Assembly: GCA_038108555.1 (NCBI GenBank)
Contig: JAYNIA010000013.1
Span: 1-47,850 of the forward strand
Origin: Nitrospinota bacterium
Lineage (GTDB): Bacteria; Nitrospinota; Nitrospinia; Nitrospinales; VA-1
Reading direction: 5' to 3'
DNA: 47,850 nucleotides
In this document: positions 28,703 through 39,457 of the stretch, piece after piece
Layout: every line of letters begins with the position of its first letter
Numbering within the stretch: the first letter of the stretch is position 1
The notes under the pieces: generated by a model
What the model was told of the DNA's origin: nothing
Database searches by the model: none
The model's input: only the letters and a program-made list of their open reading frames with translations
Translations under genes and position numbers: made by a program

Positions 28703-28929
28703 TTTTTCAAAGCCAAATCCATTTTTTCCACTCATCCCTTCCCAAATAACCGGGGCAAACAAAAGACCATTTTTTTCAGCCTGTTTAACAAAAAATAAGG
28801 ACGATCTATCGCCAACAAGACTCGGGATATGGTCGATTGTAATGAATCTGTTTTTGTGATTAAATGCGGCCTGACTGGACAGGCTGACCTATTATTTTCA
28901 GCCCCCTTCCGTTTTACCAACAGGAAAAT

Positions 28930-31900
28930 ATGACCTCCCTTTTTCCCGCAAATTTCGATACCGCTTACAGGACTGAAGACGCATCAGGTGAAGAACTATC
29001 CCCTCCCTCGGGAATATGCCAAACATCGGAAGGAAACTTTCTTATAGCAGATGATTTTAATCACCGGATTCAGGTTTATGACCCGCAATTCAAACTGATT
29101 CATTGTTTTGGCGAAAAAGGAAAAGAACCCGGCCAGCTTCAATATCCAAAAGGGTTGGCAGTGGATAAGGAAGGGAACATTTTTGTCGCGGATAGCTGGA
29201 ATCATCGAATTCAGAAATTTGACCCCAAAGGAAATCATCTACAAACATTTGGTTCTTGTGGAGATCAGAAAGGTCAACTTAATGAACCCTGGGACATCCA
29301 TATAGACCCCTCAGGAACCATAATCGTAGTTGAAAGATACAACCATCGGATCCAATTTTTCGATCAAGATGGAAATTCACTGGGTTGGGTGGGACAAAGA
29401 GGAACAACGGTTGAAGAGAACCTGGCTTACCTGTATGAAACACCTTTAAATATTCAGGCCCCTCCCCTGTTCGAGTTCCCTACTTCTATTGCAACAGACA
29501 GTGTTGGAAATTTTTTCGTCACCGACAGCGGCAACCACCGCATTCGAAAATTTAATAGCCAATGGAAGGAAATTTTAACGTTTGGCAGTCAGGGTGACCA
29601 AACCGGGGAGTTTCAATATCCCCTTTGTGTTTCGATTGCTCCCAATGATCTACTTTATATCGCAGATTTAAACAACAACCGGATCCAGATCTACACATCT
29701 TTCGGTCAGTTTTTGAGTTCCTTTGACCAGGCAGACACAGCAATGGAAGCGCCTTGCCTGACCTTGATGGACTCTTCTGGAAATTTATTTGTCGGATCAA
29801 CTTTTGATACGAAGATTTTAAAATTTCAAATCACCCAGGAAACAGAAATTATCCTTGCCGAAAAACTGGCCACCAGCGAACCTCTACAACCTGCACACGT
29901 TTATTTTTATTCGCTGGTGCAGGAAAAAAATAATAACAACCCTAAAGCATTGGCGGCCCTGGAACAGACTTTGGGGTTATTGAACGAAAACGCCAACTCA
30001 GACAATCTGGAGGTTCCTAATCGTTTAGGCCAAATGGCTTTTGAAGGGAAAGATGTTTCCGATTCAAGCATTGATCTCGCCCTCCCTCTAATTGAAAAAC
30101 AATTCAACGAATCTCGCCAGGCCATGATCGATCAACATCAGTCCTGGCAAGCCCTGGCTAAAAAATTCAACGAGATCCAAATCAAGGAACACCAGTTGGT
30201 CCAGAAAGATCCGCAAGGACTTCGGGAGTTTAATCGGGAACTTTATACATCCGAGCATGAAGAAAAAGAAAGTTATAGGGAAACCCGTCGCTGCTTTTGT
30301 ACTTTTAGAAAAACCACACAACAATTTTATGATTTCATATACCGTCTGATCGAAAGTAATATCAGTGAAAAACAGTTGGAAAACCTGACGGAACTCTTAC
30401 TCCGCCAATGGGAAATCACGGTGGACAAGACCAATGAATTTTTCAATGAAAAAGAAAAAAGCGAAGAGTCGATGGTTCAAATCTTGGGAAGTAGCGGGAG
30501 TGATCAACTCCCTTCTTTTCTGGTTCAGTATTATTACAATTGCCGGACGCTCGACCTTCTTATCCAATTACAATTTCCGTTGAGAGCCCATTGCCAGATA
30601 TTGAATGTCCTGGCCCGAAAAGCTGCGAAAGATGAAAAAATATCCGAATCGCTTCGCCGTTTGACAACCCCTTCCCTCTTTTCTGAAAACGCCACCCGAA
30701 CAATGATCCGGTTTCACGAACATTGGTTCACACTGGACATCCTAGAGTTAATGTTTTTGGAAACAATGGATATCACTCAACCCTACCTGCTTGATGACGG
30801 AGAAAAGGTTATAGAACCCGGCATTGAAGATTTTTCTCCCATCGCTTTTGATTCTGAAAATCTGGATATACCTATGGCTTCGCGAATCCTTCTATCCCAA
30901 TCCGCTGAAATCATGTTGGAGAATGGGGTTCTATCTCATGGGCTTTTTAAATTTAATCTAGCTACACTTTCAAACCAGAGAAATGAATTGATGGAACAAT
31001 GTCAGGCCACCCTTGAAGCCCAGCCTGTGTTCGACAAAAAGCATGAAGAATTGTTAAACCAGCTCAACGATCTCGAACGACAAAGGAGAGATCTGGATGC
31101 CCAATTGAGGCAGGTGGGGACGGAAGACAAAGCGACCCCCATAGGCATAAGCAACAATATCGCAATTATGGATTTCCAGCTAAACCTGTTGCGACGAATG
31201 ATAAGGGGAATTGACATCAATGAAAATCTCAACCTCCATCGTCTTGTTACAGGAACCGCAGTTGTCAAGGCCTTAAATCCCGACGAAAAAGATAACAAGT
31301 TGTTCGATGGAATTGAAACCTATTTCCAAACCCTGGAAAACAAAATTCAGGAAATTTTAAATGAAAGACGATTAAAGAATTTTGATCTGGCCCCTTTAAG
31401 AGAACAACAAAAGCAACTGGCGGGCTCTCCTGAAATTTCCACCATTGAAACTTCTATAAAAGTTGAAGAGGGTATTAACGAAACAAAAGCCTATCTGGAC
31501 CGGCTGGAACTGGAATTCAAAAAGTTTACAAAAACTAAAAGTTGCATCCAGAAAATACTGAGCTTTATTGATAAAAAACCCACCACTCCCGAAACACCCT
31601 TAAAGCAGGTTTATTCTGTTAGTAAGATAGGCGCGGAAATCGGATTGCTATTTTATCCACAGGGCCTCACGCATAACAGCCAGGGTGACTTGCTGGTGGT
31701 GGACAATGAACAACACCAGATTCATTGCTACTCTCCTGAAGGAAAATATAAATTTCATTTTGGCACTTGGGGAAATACGGCTGCAACCTTTAAATACCCA
31801 GTCAATCTGGCAACGGACAGTCAAAATAATATTTATGCCATCGATGAAGGTAATGGAGTTGTCAAAAAATTTGATGCTCAGGGGAACTTTATCCTTACGT

Positions 31901-32421
31901 TTGATGAGGGAATACTGGGTTCCGTCTTTTCTCTTTCTGTTGATGCAAAAGACCAGATCCATATCGCAGATTCCGAGAACAACCGCATCGTTGTATTTGA
32001 TTCGAATGGAAAAGAAATATCCCTTCCCTCTACGGCTGAGCAATCTAGAAACCTGGAAGGCCCTTGTGGAATTTTCTGTCTTAAGGATGGAGGAATTTTA
32101 GTGGGTGACAGGTCAGAATATTTATTGAAACAATTTGATTCCGAAGGAAAACTGGTCCGCTCAATCCAAAAGAATAACCTGGGTTTTAATGACATTTATT
32201 TTATTGCCTATGACGACCAATTTGGAATTTATGGTTCCGATTACTGGCACAATCAAATCATTCATTTAAATTCAAATCTGGAATTGGTCGACGTTTATCG
32301 TAATCAGGGAAGTCGGGCGGGAGAGCTCGGGAAAACAGGAGGGCTTTCTATTCACGATGGCCGACTGGCTGTATCAAATTTTGATGGCAGAAAAGTTCAG
32401 GTTTTTGATCTTACAAAATAA
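28930..32421 (+). CDS. Large protein with N- and C-terminal NHL beta-propellers and a central helical/coiled-coil region
   Basis: Repeated PxG(I/L)xxD..G...V.D..NHRIQ.F motifs at about aa 20-300 and aa 895-1163; E/Q/K/L-rich middle. Confidence 0.85.
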   Translation: MTSLFPANFDTAYRTEDASGEELSPPSGICQTSEGNFLIADDFNHRIQVYDPQFKLIHCFGEKGKEPGQLQYPKGLAVDKEGNIFVADSWNHRIQKFDPKGNHLQTFGSCGDQKGQLNEPWDIHIDPSGTIIVVERYNHRIQFFDQDGNSLGWVGQRGTTVEENLAYLYETPLNIQAPPLFEFPTSIATDSVGNFFVTDSGNHRIRKFNSQWKEILTFGSQGDQTGEFQYPLCVSIAPNDLLYIADLNNNRIQIYTSFGQFLSSFDQADTAMEAPCLTLMDSSGNLFVGSTFDTKILKFQITQETEIILAEKLATSEPLQPAHVYFYSLVQEKNNNNPKALAALEQTLGLLNENANSDNLEVPNRLGQMAFEGKDVSDSSIDLALPLIEKQFNESRQAMIDQHQSWQALAKKFNEIQIKEHQLVQKDPQGLREFNRELYTSEHEEKESYRETRRCFCTFRKTTQQFYDFIYRLIESNISEKQLENLTELLLRQWEITVDKTNEFFNEKEKSEESMVQILGSSGSDQLPSFLVQYYYNCRTLDLLIQLQFPLRAHCQILNVLARKAAKDEKISESLRRLTTPSLFSENATRTMIRFHEHWFTLDILELMFLETMDITQPYLLDDGEKVIEPGIEDFSPIAFDSENLDIPMASRILLSQSAEIMLENGVLSHGLFKFNLATLSNQRNELMEQCQATLEAQPVFDKKHEELLNQLNDLERQRRDLDAQLRQVGTEDKATPIGISNNIAIMDFQLNLLRRMIRGIDINENLNLHRLVTGTAVVKALNPDEKDNKLFDGIETYFQTLENKIQEILNERRLKNFDLAPLREQQKQLAGSPEISTIETSIKVEEGINETKAYLDRLELEFKKFTKTKSCIQKILSFIDKKPTTPETPLKQVYSVSKIGAEIGLLFYPQGLTHNSQGDLLVVDNEQHQIHCYSPEGKYKFHFGTWGNTAATFKYPVNLATDSQNNIYAIDEGNGVVKKFDAQGNFILTFDEGILGSVFSLSVDAKDQIHIADSENNRIVVFDSNGKEISLPSTAEQSRNLEGPCGIFCLKDGGILVGDRSEYLLKQFDSEGKLVRSIQKNNLGFNDIYFIAYDDQFGIYGSDYWHNQIIHLNSNLELVDVYRNQGSRAGELGKTGGLSIHDGRLAVSNFDGRKVQVFDLTK

Positions 32422-32436
32422 AGCAGGACAGCTTCA

Positions 32437-33357
32437 CTAATTGTGCACATTGGTAATGGGATAGCGCCGGGGTTTGACGCTTTGGCGGTTCTCTTTTTCA
32501 ATGTCATGCAAAAACCCCTTCTCCGAAAAGTGATCATCAAACTGGGCAACCGACTCTTCGATAAATTTCCCGGGGCGATAGTTCTTTGCAACTTCTGACA
32601 TGGAAAACGGCTCGGGAATCTTATCAAACAGGGCGGCCCGCTCATGGATTTTTTCCTCACTCCATCGCAATCCTCCATTCGCAATCAAAACCGTCGCTAC
32701 CCTTTCCGCATCCTCAAAACAATAAATATTCGGGAATACAGATTTAAAAGTTTTGGTGTCACGGGGCTTTAGGGTATTGCCCTTGCCATACAGGTTGGAA
32801 CCCACGATTCCATTGGGATCGAGAATTTCACGAATTTCTTTGTAAAACTCATGAGTTTTTAAATGGTAGGGAATGGACCCACTCTTAAAGGCATCTAAAA
32901 TGACCCAGTCATATAGCTCCTGCCCTTTCTGTTTTTGAATGAACACACGCCCATCTTCCTCAAATATTTGATAGCGTTTGGATTCCCTCATGAAAAAATA
33001 TTTTTTCGAAACCTCAATCACTTTTTTATCTATTTCAACAACATCAATTTCTAATTTCGGAAACAATTCACTGAGGAAATTGGTCACTGCCGCTCCACCC
33101 AGTCCCACCATCAACAATCTTTTGGGGTTGGGGCAAAAGAGTAAAGACGCCATCATCATATTCGAATAAACCAGGGCTAGTTGCTCTTGTCGCTCCATAT
33201 TCACCCGGCTTTGCAGGAAGTAATCCCCATTGCCCTTAAACCAGAGTTCCCGGTTTTTACCATTTTGAATGACATAAATATCATTGTACCGGGTACGCTC
33301 TCTGGCCAGGACCTTGACGACCGGATCTTTCTCATTTTTTTCAAAAAATTTAAACAT
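32437..33357 (-). CDS. Spermidine-synthase-like SAM-dependent transferase
   Basis: LMVGLGGA, VVEID, EDGRVFI, ILDAF. Confidence 0.8.
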   Translation of the reverse strand: MFKFFEKNEKDPVVKVLARERTRYNDIYVIQNGKNRELWFKGNGDYFLQSRVNMERQEQLALVYSNMMMASLLFCPNPKRLLMVGLGGAAVTNFLSELFPKLEIDVVEIDKKVIEVSKKYFFMRESKRYQIFEEDGRVFIQKQKGQELYDWVILDAFKSGSIPYHLKTHEFYKEIREILDPNGIVGSNLYGKGNTLKPRDTKTFKSVFPNIYCFEDAERVATVLIANGGLRWSEEKIHERAALFDKIPEPFSMSEVAKNYRPGKFIEESVAQFDDHFSEKGFLHDIEKENRQSVKPRRYPITNVHN

Positions 33358-33536
33358 TTCCGGATTTCCTGATTTTTATTGAGATTGTAAGGCGTTTGAC
33401 CCAAAAACCTATTTTCATTTTAGGTAATTATGATAAAATGAAATACGGTTTAATTTACGACTCTGCGGGGAGGGAAAGCTGTTCCCCGTCAAGGGTTTAC
33501 GGTCAGTCACCGCCCCATCATAAAGGAATCTTGTCA

Positions 33537-35189
33537 ATGCCGCAAAACGTTTTGAAGCACAAAGTAGGTTTGGAAACCCACGGCCTCAAAAACTTAAAAA
33601 CAATACACTGGAATTTATCAACTCCCGAGCTTTACGAGCATATTATCGCGAATGAAGAGGGGCAACTATCTCACCTGGGCCCGGTTTGTGTGACTACGGG
33701 AGAACATACCGGTCGATCGCCAAACGATAAATTTATTGTTCAGGAACCATCGAGCCAGGAAAACATATGGTGGGGAAAAGTCAATCGTCCGTTTACCGTT
33801 GAACAATTTGAAGCCCTTTATTCCCGTGTCCTGGCTTATTTGCAGGGCAAGGAAGTGTATGTTCAGGATTGTTGTGCAGGGAGCGATCCCGAACACCAGA
33901 CCCATATTCGTGTGATCACTGAACATGCCTGGCACAATCTGTTTGCACGCAACATGTTTATCCAGATTCGTGATATGGCGAAACTGGAAAACCATGATCC
34001 CGCATTCACCGTCATTCATGTTCCCGACTTTAAGGCGGTGCCGGCTATTGACGGAACCAATTCTGAAGTATTTGTAATTGTCGACTTTGGTAAGCAACTG
34101 GTCCTTATTGGAGGAACCAGTTACGCAGGGGAAATCAAAAAATCCGTTTTCTCCATTTTAAATTACCTGTTGCCCCAGAAACAGGGGGTATTATCAATGC
34201 ATTGTTCAGCAAATATTGGTAAAAAAGGCGACACCGCAATATTCTTTGGACTCTCGGGAACGGGAAAAACAACCTTATCTGCAGACCCGCAACGAAAACT
34301 CATTGGTGACGATGAGCATGGCTGGAGTGACCGGGGAGTATTTAATTTTGAAGGCGGCTGTTATGCCAAGGTAATTCGCCTCTCGAAAAAATCAGAACCG
34401 GAAATTTATGATTGCACACGCAGGTTTGGAACCCTGCTGGAAAACGTTGTTTTAAAGGAAGACAGGAGATTGGACCTCGATGATTCCAGTCTGACAGAAA
34501 ACACCCGTGCAAGTTACCCAATTTCGCATATTAACAATGCCGTTTTAAAAGGTTCGGGTGGACATCCGGACAATGTCATTATGCTTACCTGCGATGCATA
34601 TGGGGTAATGCCCCCGGTATCCAAACTGACACCCGAGCAGGCGATGTATCATTTCATTTCCGGTTACACCGCAAAAGTCGCCGGAACCGAAAAGGGCATA
34701 AGCCGGGAACCCACTGCTATTTTCAGTACCTGTTTCGGTGCCCCGTTTATGTCATTACATCCTTCTGTTTATGCAGATATGCTCGGCGAAAAAATTGCCA
34801 AACACAAAGTCTCCTGCTGGTTGGTCAATACAGGATGGACAGGCGGCGCTTATGGTGTCGGTAAAAGAATTGAAATCAAATACACCCGGGCAATGATCAA
34901 AGCCATTCTTGAAGGCCAACTGAATGATGTTGAGACAGAAACCGATCCTGTATTTGGAATTCAAATACCCGTGGCTGTGAAAGGCGTTCCGAAAGAATGT
35001 CTTTTCCCCCGAAACACGTGGAAGAACCCGGATGCTTATGACGAAAAAGCCGATGAGTTGGCAAACCAGTTCATTGAAAACTTCAAAGAATATGAAAAAA
35101 ATGTAGACAAGAAAATTTTAGATGCAAGTCCAAAACCCAGGGGGAAAAGCACAACGTCTTCTGGAAAAATTCACGAACTGAGAAAATAA
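33537..35189 (+). CDS. pckA: Phosphoenolpyruvate carboxykinase (ATP)
   Basis: TGRSPNDKF, YAGEIKKS, GLSGTGKTTLS, LIGDDEHGW, NFEGGCYAK. Confidence 0.97.
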   Translation: MPQNVLKHKVGLETHGLKNLKTIHWNLSTPELYEHIIANEEGQLSHLGPVCVTTGEHTGRSPNDKFIVQEPSSQENIWWGKVNRPFTVEQFEALYSRVLAYLQGKEVYVQDCCAGSDPEHQTHIRVITEHAWHNLFARNMFIQIRDMAKLENHDPAFTVIHVPDFKAVPAIDGTNSEVFVIVDFGKQLVLIGGTSYAGEIKKSVFSILNYLLPQKQGVLSMHCSANIGKKGDTAIFFGLSGTGKTTLSADPQRKLIGDDEHGWSDRGVFNFEGGCYAKVIRLSKKSEPEIYDCTRRFGTLLENVVLKEDRRLDLDDSSLTENTRASYPISHINNAVLKGSGGHPDNVIMLTCDAYGVMPPVSKLTPEQAMYHFISGYTAKVAGTEKGISREPTAIFSTCFGAPFMSLHPSVYADMLGEKIAKHKVSCWLVNTGWTGGAYGVGKRIEIKYTRAMIKAILEGQLNDVETETDPVFGIQIPVAVKGVPKECLFPRNTWKNPDAYDEKADELANQFIENFKEYEKNVDKKILDASPKPRGKSTTSSGKIHELRK

Positions 35190-35283
35190 CGGCCCCGCAA
35201 AATTTGCTTGCATTAACACCCTGCTTTTAAATTTCCTAAGCAGATTTGAATTAAACTTACGTACTCAGTCTTAAAACAAAAAC

Positions 35284-36279
35284 ATGACATCACCCATCAT
35301 TGCCTTAACTATGGGAGATCCTGCGGGGATCGGGCCCGAAATAATTGTCAAAGCATTTCAAGATGAAATTCTGGCAATTGATACACGTGTTCTGGTAATT
35401 GGTGATGCCAAAACGCTGAAAAAAACTGCCAAACAAATTGCTCCAGAAGTTTTGATACATCCTATTCAATCGCCGGAAGAAGGCTGGTACCAACCCTGCA
35501 CAATTGATGTCATTGATCTGGATAATATCCCCGAAAATATTGCGATGGGCAAACCCTCTGCTGGAGGAGGAAAGGCGAGTTATGACGCCGTCAAAAAAGC
35601 CGTTACCCTTGCATTAAAAGATGAGGTTGCTGCCATAACCACCTGTCCCATTAATAAAAAAAGTCTGCACCTGGCCGGCTATCCCTTTCCAGGTCATACT
35701 GAACTTCTGGGAGACCTGACTGATTCCAAAACACCCACCCTGATGATGGAAGGTAATTCCCTGCGTGTTGTTTTAGTAACCACACATCTTCCTTTGGATC
35801 AGGTGAAATCGAATATTACTGAAGAAAAAGTTTTGCAAACAATCCGGTTGACTCACGATTGGTTGCAACACCACATAACAGAAATTCCACGTATTGCTGT
35901 TGTCGGACTCAACCCGCATTCCGGGGATGGAGGAATTTTTGGTCAGGAAGAAACAGAATTTATTCTACCTGCATTGAAAACGGCACAAAAAGAAGGTATC
36001 CAGGCAAGTGGTCCGCATCCCGCAGATGCTTTATTTGCCAGAGCTGCATCCGAAAAATATGATGCGGTCATTTGCATGTACCATGACCAGGGAATGATTC
36101 CCGTTAAAATGAATGGCATGGGTGTCAACATCACCCTGGGCCTTCCCATTTTACGAACCTCTGTAGATCACGGCACAGCCTTCGACATCGTGGGAAGAAA
36201 CAAAGCCTCTGCCGAAAATCTTAAGCTGGCATTGAAAACCGCTGGCCGATTGTCTCAATCCACTCTTTCCCTGCAATGA
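35284..36279 (+). CDS. pdxA: 4-hydroxythreonine-4-phosphate dehydrogenase
   Basis: TMGDPAGIGPE, PGHTE, LNPH, MYHDQG, RTSVDHGTAFDI. Confidence 0.96.
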   Translation: MTSPIIALTMGDPAGIGPEIIVKAFQDEILAIDTRVLVIGDAKTLKKTAKQIAPEVLIHPIQSPEEGWYQPCTIDVIDLDNIPENIAMGKPSAGGGKASYDAVKKAVTLALKDEVAAITTCPINKKSLHLAGYPFPGHTELLGDLTDSKTPTLMMEGNSLRVVLVTTHLPLDQVKSNITEEKVLQTIRLTHDWLQHHITEIPRIAVVGLNPHSGDGGIFGQEETEFILPALKTAQKEGIQASGPHPADALFARAASEKYDAVICMYHDQGMIPVKMNGMGVNITLGLPILRTSVDHGTAFDIVGRNKASAENLKLALKTAGRLSQSTLSLQ

Positions 36280-37064
36280 GAAAGAGGCCTCTAGGGCAAA
36301 ATTTTCTCGTTGACTCTGAAGTTTCTCAGAAAATTATCGAGTTGGCGGACATCCAGCCCGGCGACCATGTTGTTGAGATTGGCCCCGGAAAAGGGGTTCT
36401 TACGCAACGACTCATCGAAATTACCCCCTCCCTGACTGTAATAGAACTCGATCCAAAGTTGTGCCGGGAAATTGAAAACAGATTTGGCAAAGAGTATCCC
36501 TCTTTCAGGTTGATTGAAGGAGACGCGGGTAAGTTTGACTACTCCTCACTAAAATCCAAATTCAAAGTGGTCTCCAATCTTCCTTATTATGCAGCAACTC
36601 CCATAATGAAAAAGTTAATCCATTTTGGGTACAAAATCCAAACAATGACTTTAATGATGCAAAAAGAAGTGGTAGACCGTTTGACTGCAAAACCCGGAAG
36701 CAAAGATTATGGTTCCCTATCTATCTATGTGCAGTACCATTGCGACATAGAAAGGTTACTGGAAATACCCAGCACTGCTTTTTCCCCCAGACCCAAAATA
36801 GATTCATCGCTTTTTTCACTTAAACCATTATCTCAACCCAAAGTTCAGGTTGAAGATCCCCAGCTTTTTTTTAAAATAGTCCATGCGGCTTTTTTTCATA
36901 AACGGAAAATGTTGAAAAATAATTTAAAAGGTTGGCAAAAATATTTTAAACACATTGAAGGGCAATTCCAGATGGCCGGAATCGACCTTTCCCGACGGGG
37001 GGAAACACTCACCATGTCGGATTTTGCAAATATGGCCAATTACCTGAATTCTTCCCATGAATAA
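36276..37064 (+). CDS. rsmA: 16S rRNA adenine dimethyltransferase
   Basis: LGQNFL, VEIGPGKG, SNLPY, QKEV; ATGA overlap with pdxA. Confidence 0.96.
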   Translation: MRKRPLGQNFLVDSEVSQKIIELADIQPGDHVVEIGPGKGVLTQRLIEITPSLTVIELDPKLCREIENRFGKEYPSFRLIEGDAGKFDYSSLKSKFKVVSNLPYYAATPIMKKLIHFGYKIQTMTLMMQKEVVDRLTAKPGSKDYGSLSIYVQYHCDIERLLEIPSTAFSPRPKIDSSLFSLKPLSQPKVQVEDPQLFFKIVHAAFFHKRKMLKNNLKGWQKYFKHIEGQFQMAGIDLSRRGETLTMSDFANMANYLNSSHE

Positions 37065-38589
37065 CCCAGAAAACAAATTAGGAAAAATTGTTCTTATAGG
37101 TGCAGGACCTGGCGATGTCGGTCTTTTAACGCTTCAGGGAAAGCAGTGGCTGCAAAAAGCCGAGGTTATTCTTTTCGATCATCTGGTTAACGAAGACCTC
37201 TTGCGTTTTACCCAAAAAGAAACTGAAATTATCTATGTTGGTAAAAAGGAGGGTGTGGCCAGTATGGGACAGGAAAAAATAAACACTCTCCTGATTGAAA
37301 AAGCAAAAGAAGGAAAAACCGTCGTTCGCCTGAAAGGAGGAGACCCCTTCATTTTCGGACGTGGAGGAGAAGAAATTCAGGCTGCAAATGAAGCCAGGGT
37401 TCCCTTCCTGGTGGTTCCGGGGGTGACTTCGGTTACCGGGGTAGCGGCTTATGCTGGCATTCCTCTCACGCACCGGCATCTCTCTTCTACTCTCTCAATC
37501 ATTACCGGAAGCAATGAAAAAAAGCAGGAAGATATTCATATCGATTGGGAAAAGATTGCTTCCAGGTCAGGCACTCTTGTTTTCCTGATGGGGGCACGCA
37601 AGCTTCCATTGATCGTAGAAAAACTCATGAAATTTGGGAAAGACCCCGACACCCCGATAGCGGTTGTTCAATGGGGCACCACCGCAAGACAGAAAACCTG
37701 GAAAGGGACTCTTGCAACCATTGTGGAAATCTCTTCCAGGGACAAAATTCTGCCACCGGCCCTCACCATCATCGGTGAAGTGGTCAATCTGAAACCTGAA
37801 ATTGAATGGTACGAAAAATTACCCCTCTTTGGAAAAACGGTAGTTGTTACCCGAAAAGGAGATCAGGCAGAAAGCATGATTGACCGATTGCGCGAACTGG
37901 GTGCCGAACCTTTTTTCTTTCCAGTCATAGAAACGGTAGCGCCGGATGACTGGACACCTTTGGATAACGCATTGAACAATCTTTCAACCTATGATGGCCT
38001 TGTTTTTACCAGTGTGAATGGAGTCCGCTTTTTTTTCCAGCGGCTCAAAGAAATCCAGCAGGACATTCGTAATTTAAAAGGAGTAAAAATTTATACGATT
38101 GGACCCAAAACCGCTGAAGCCGTTCGGGAATTGGGTATGGGCGTTGATGTGGTTCCGGATGAATTCGTTGCTGAATCTCTTATCGAAAGTATTAAAGATA
38201 TGAAAGGCAAACGTTTCCTGATTCCCCGCGCCACTGTCGCCCGGGAAATTCTTCCGGAAAAACTGCGAGAAATGGGAGCGGAGGTGGATGTCGCACCCGC
38301 CTACAAAACCATCCTTCCGGAATCCAAATCTGATGCTCTTGAAAAAAGGTTAAAAGAGGGAAATGTCGATGTCCTTACTTTCACTTCTTCATCCACGGTA
38401 AAAAACTTCCTCGCTTTAACGGGAGATCACCTATTGCCGGAAATTAAGAAAACACAAATCGCCTGCATAGGTCCCATCACTGCAAAAACGGCTGAAGATG
38501 CCGGTTTGACAGTAAATATCCTGCCAAAAGAATACACCGTCACCTCCCTGCTGGACGCGATTGAAGACCATTTCCTGGCCCAATCTTAA
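37057..38589 (+). CDS. cobA: Uroporphyrinogen-III C-methyltransferase / uroporphyrinogen-III synthase fusion (CobA-HemD)
   Basis: GAGPGD, RLKGGDPFIFGRGGEE; C-terminal half VVVTR, FTSVNGV, FTSSSTV, CIGPITA. Confidence 0.95.
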   Translation: MNNPENKLGKIVLIGAGPGDVGLLTLQGKQWLQKAEVILFDHLVNEDLLRFTQKETEIIYVGKKEGVASMGQEKINTLLIEKAKEGKTVVRLKGGDPFIFGRGGEEIQAANEARVPFLVVPGVTSVTGVAAYAGIPLTHRHLSSTLSIITGSNEKKQEDIHIDWEKIASRSGTLVFLMGARKLPLIVEKLMKFGKDPDTPIAVVQWGTTARQKTWKGTLATIVEISSRDKILPPALTIIGEVVNLKPEIEWYEKLPLFGKTVVVTRKGDQAESMIDRLRELGAEPFFFPVIETVAPDDWTPLDNALNNLSTYDGLVFTSVNGVRFFFQRLKEIQQDIRNLKGVKIYTIGPKTAEAVRELGMGVDVVPDEFVAESLIESIKDMKGKRFLIPRATVAREILPEKLREMGAEVDVAPAYKTILPESKSDALEKRLKEGNVDVLTFTSSSTVKNFLALTGDHLLPEIKKTQIACIGPITAKTAEDAGLTVNILPKEYTVTSLLDAIEDHFLAQS

Positions 38590-38669
38590 TTTTCTTCATT
38601 TTAATTACCGGTTCCCGTATAATACTTAAATATAAAAAACACCCCAAACATCAAGGCGAGGATGAACAA

Positions 38670-39047
38670 ATGCCATTAAGATCGATTCGAGTCAGTCATA
38701 TAGTTTTATCCACAGAAGATCTTGCAAAGGTTCTGTTGGACCATCTGAAAGACGATGAGTACAAGGACAAAGACATGCTTTTTAAAATGTTCGCAAAACT
38801 GGCCAAGAAATACAGTGCCTGCAGCAGTCGGAACAAAGGCGGTGATTTAGGACTCCTCGAATTTAATACAGCAGCACCGGAACTTGAAAAAGCCGCAATG
38901 GAAGCTCCCGTGGGAGAGGTTCGTGGCCCCGTGAAAAGTAAATTTGGTTACCATATTTTTATCATTACCGAAGAAGAAGAAATGAAAGATCTGGGGATCG
39001 ACGGCCTAAACGTTTCTTCTTTTGGTGCGGGGGACGGCACCCTTTAA
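38670..39047 (+). CDS. Small cytoplasmic parvulin (PpiC-like) PPIase
   Basis: SHIV, FAKLAKKYSAC, GGDLG, PVKSKFGYHI; GAGG RBS. Confidence 0.9.
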   Translation: MPLRSIRVSHIVLSTEDLAKVLLDHLKDDEYKDKDMLFKMFAKLAKKYSACSSRNKGGDLGLLEFNTAAPELEKAAMEAPVGEVRGPVKSKFGYHIFIITEEEEMKDLGIDGLNVSSFGAGDGTL

Positions 39048-39064
39048 TCCCATCTACGACCTTC

Positions 39065-39457
39065 ATGCAACTCAAAGGCATTCACCACATCGCCCTAAAT
39101 GTAAAAGACCTGGATCGAGCGGAAAGGTTTTATAGCGACGTCCTGGGTTTTCAGGTCACTCACCGATTTTCCAAAGGATTACGCCACCTGATGATGGAAA
39201 CCGGAAATGCGGCATTAGCCCTGTTCGAGGCACCGGACCTCGAAGTCAAAGAGGCAATGAATCTGTTAAGTGAGGAGGGTTACCTTCATCTCGCCTTTGA
39301 AGCTGACCCCGCTGATTTCGAGGAAATTTTGAAAGAACTTAAAGATAAAAAGGTAAAAATCGATAATGGCCCTGTTAAAAGAGGGGATGGAGAATCCATC
39401 TATTTCAATGATCCCGATGACAACCATCTAGAAATTCACTGCGACCACCCCCAATGA
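39065..39457 (+). CDS. VOC (glyoxalase/bleomycin-resistance) family protein
   Basis: IHHIALNV.DL, HLAF, YFNDPDDNHLE. Confidence 0.9.
   Translation: MQLKGIHHIALNVKDLDRAERFYSDVLGFQVTHRFSKGLRHLMMETGNAALALFEAPDLEVKEAMNLLSEEGYLHLAFEADPADFEEILKELKDKKVKIDNGPVKRGDGESIYFNDPDDNHLEIHCDHPQ

Noticed and set aside
33396..33536. 47-aa N-terminal extension of PckA suggested by the ORF track
   Set aside because: An AAGGA RBS precedes ATG 33537, and the upstream part looks like promoter and leader sequence. Similar over-extended starts were trimmed for several other genes.
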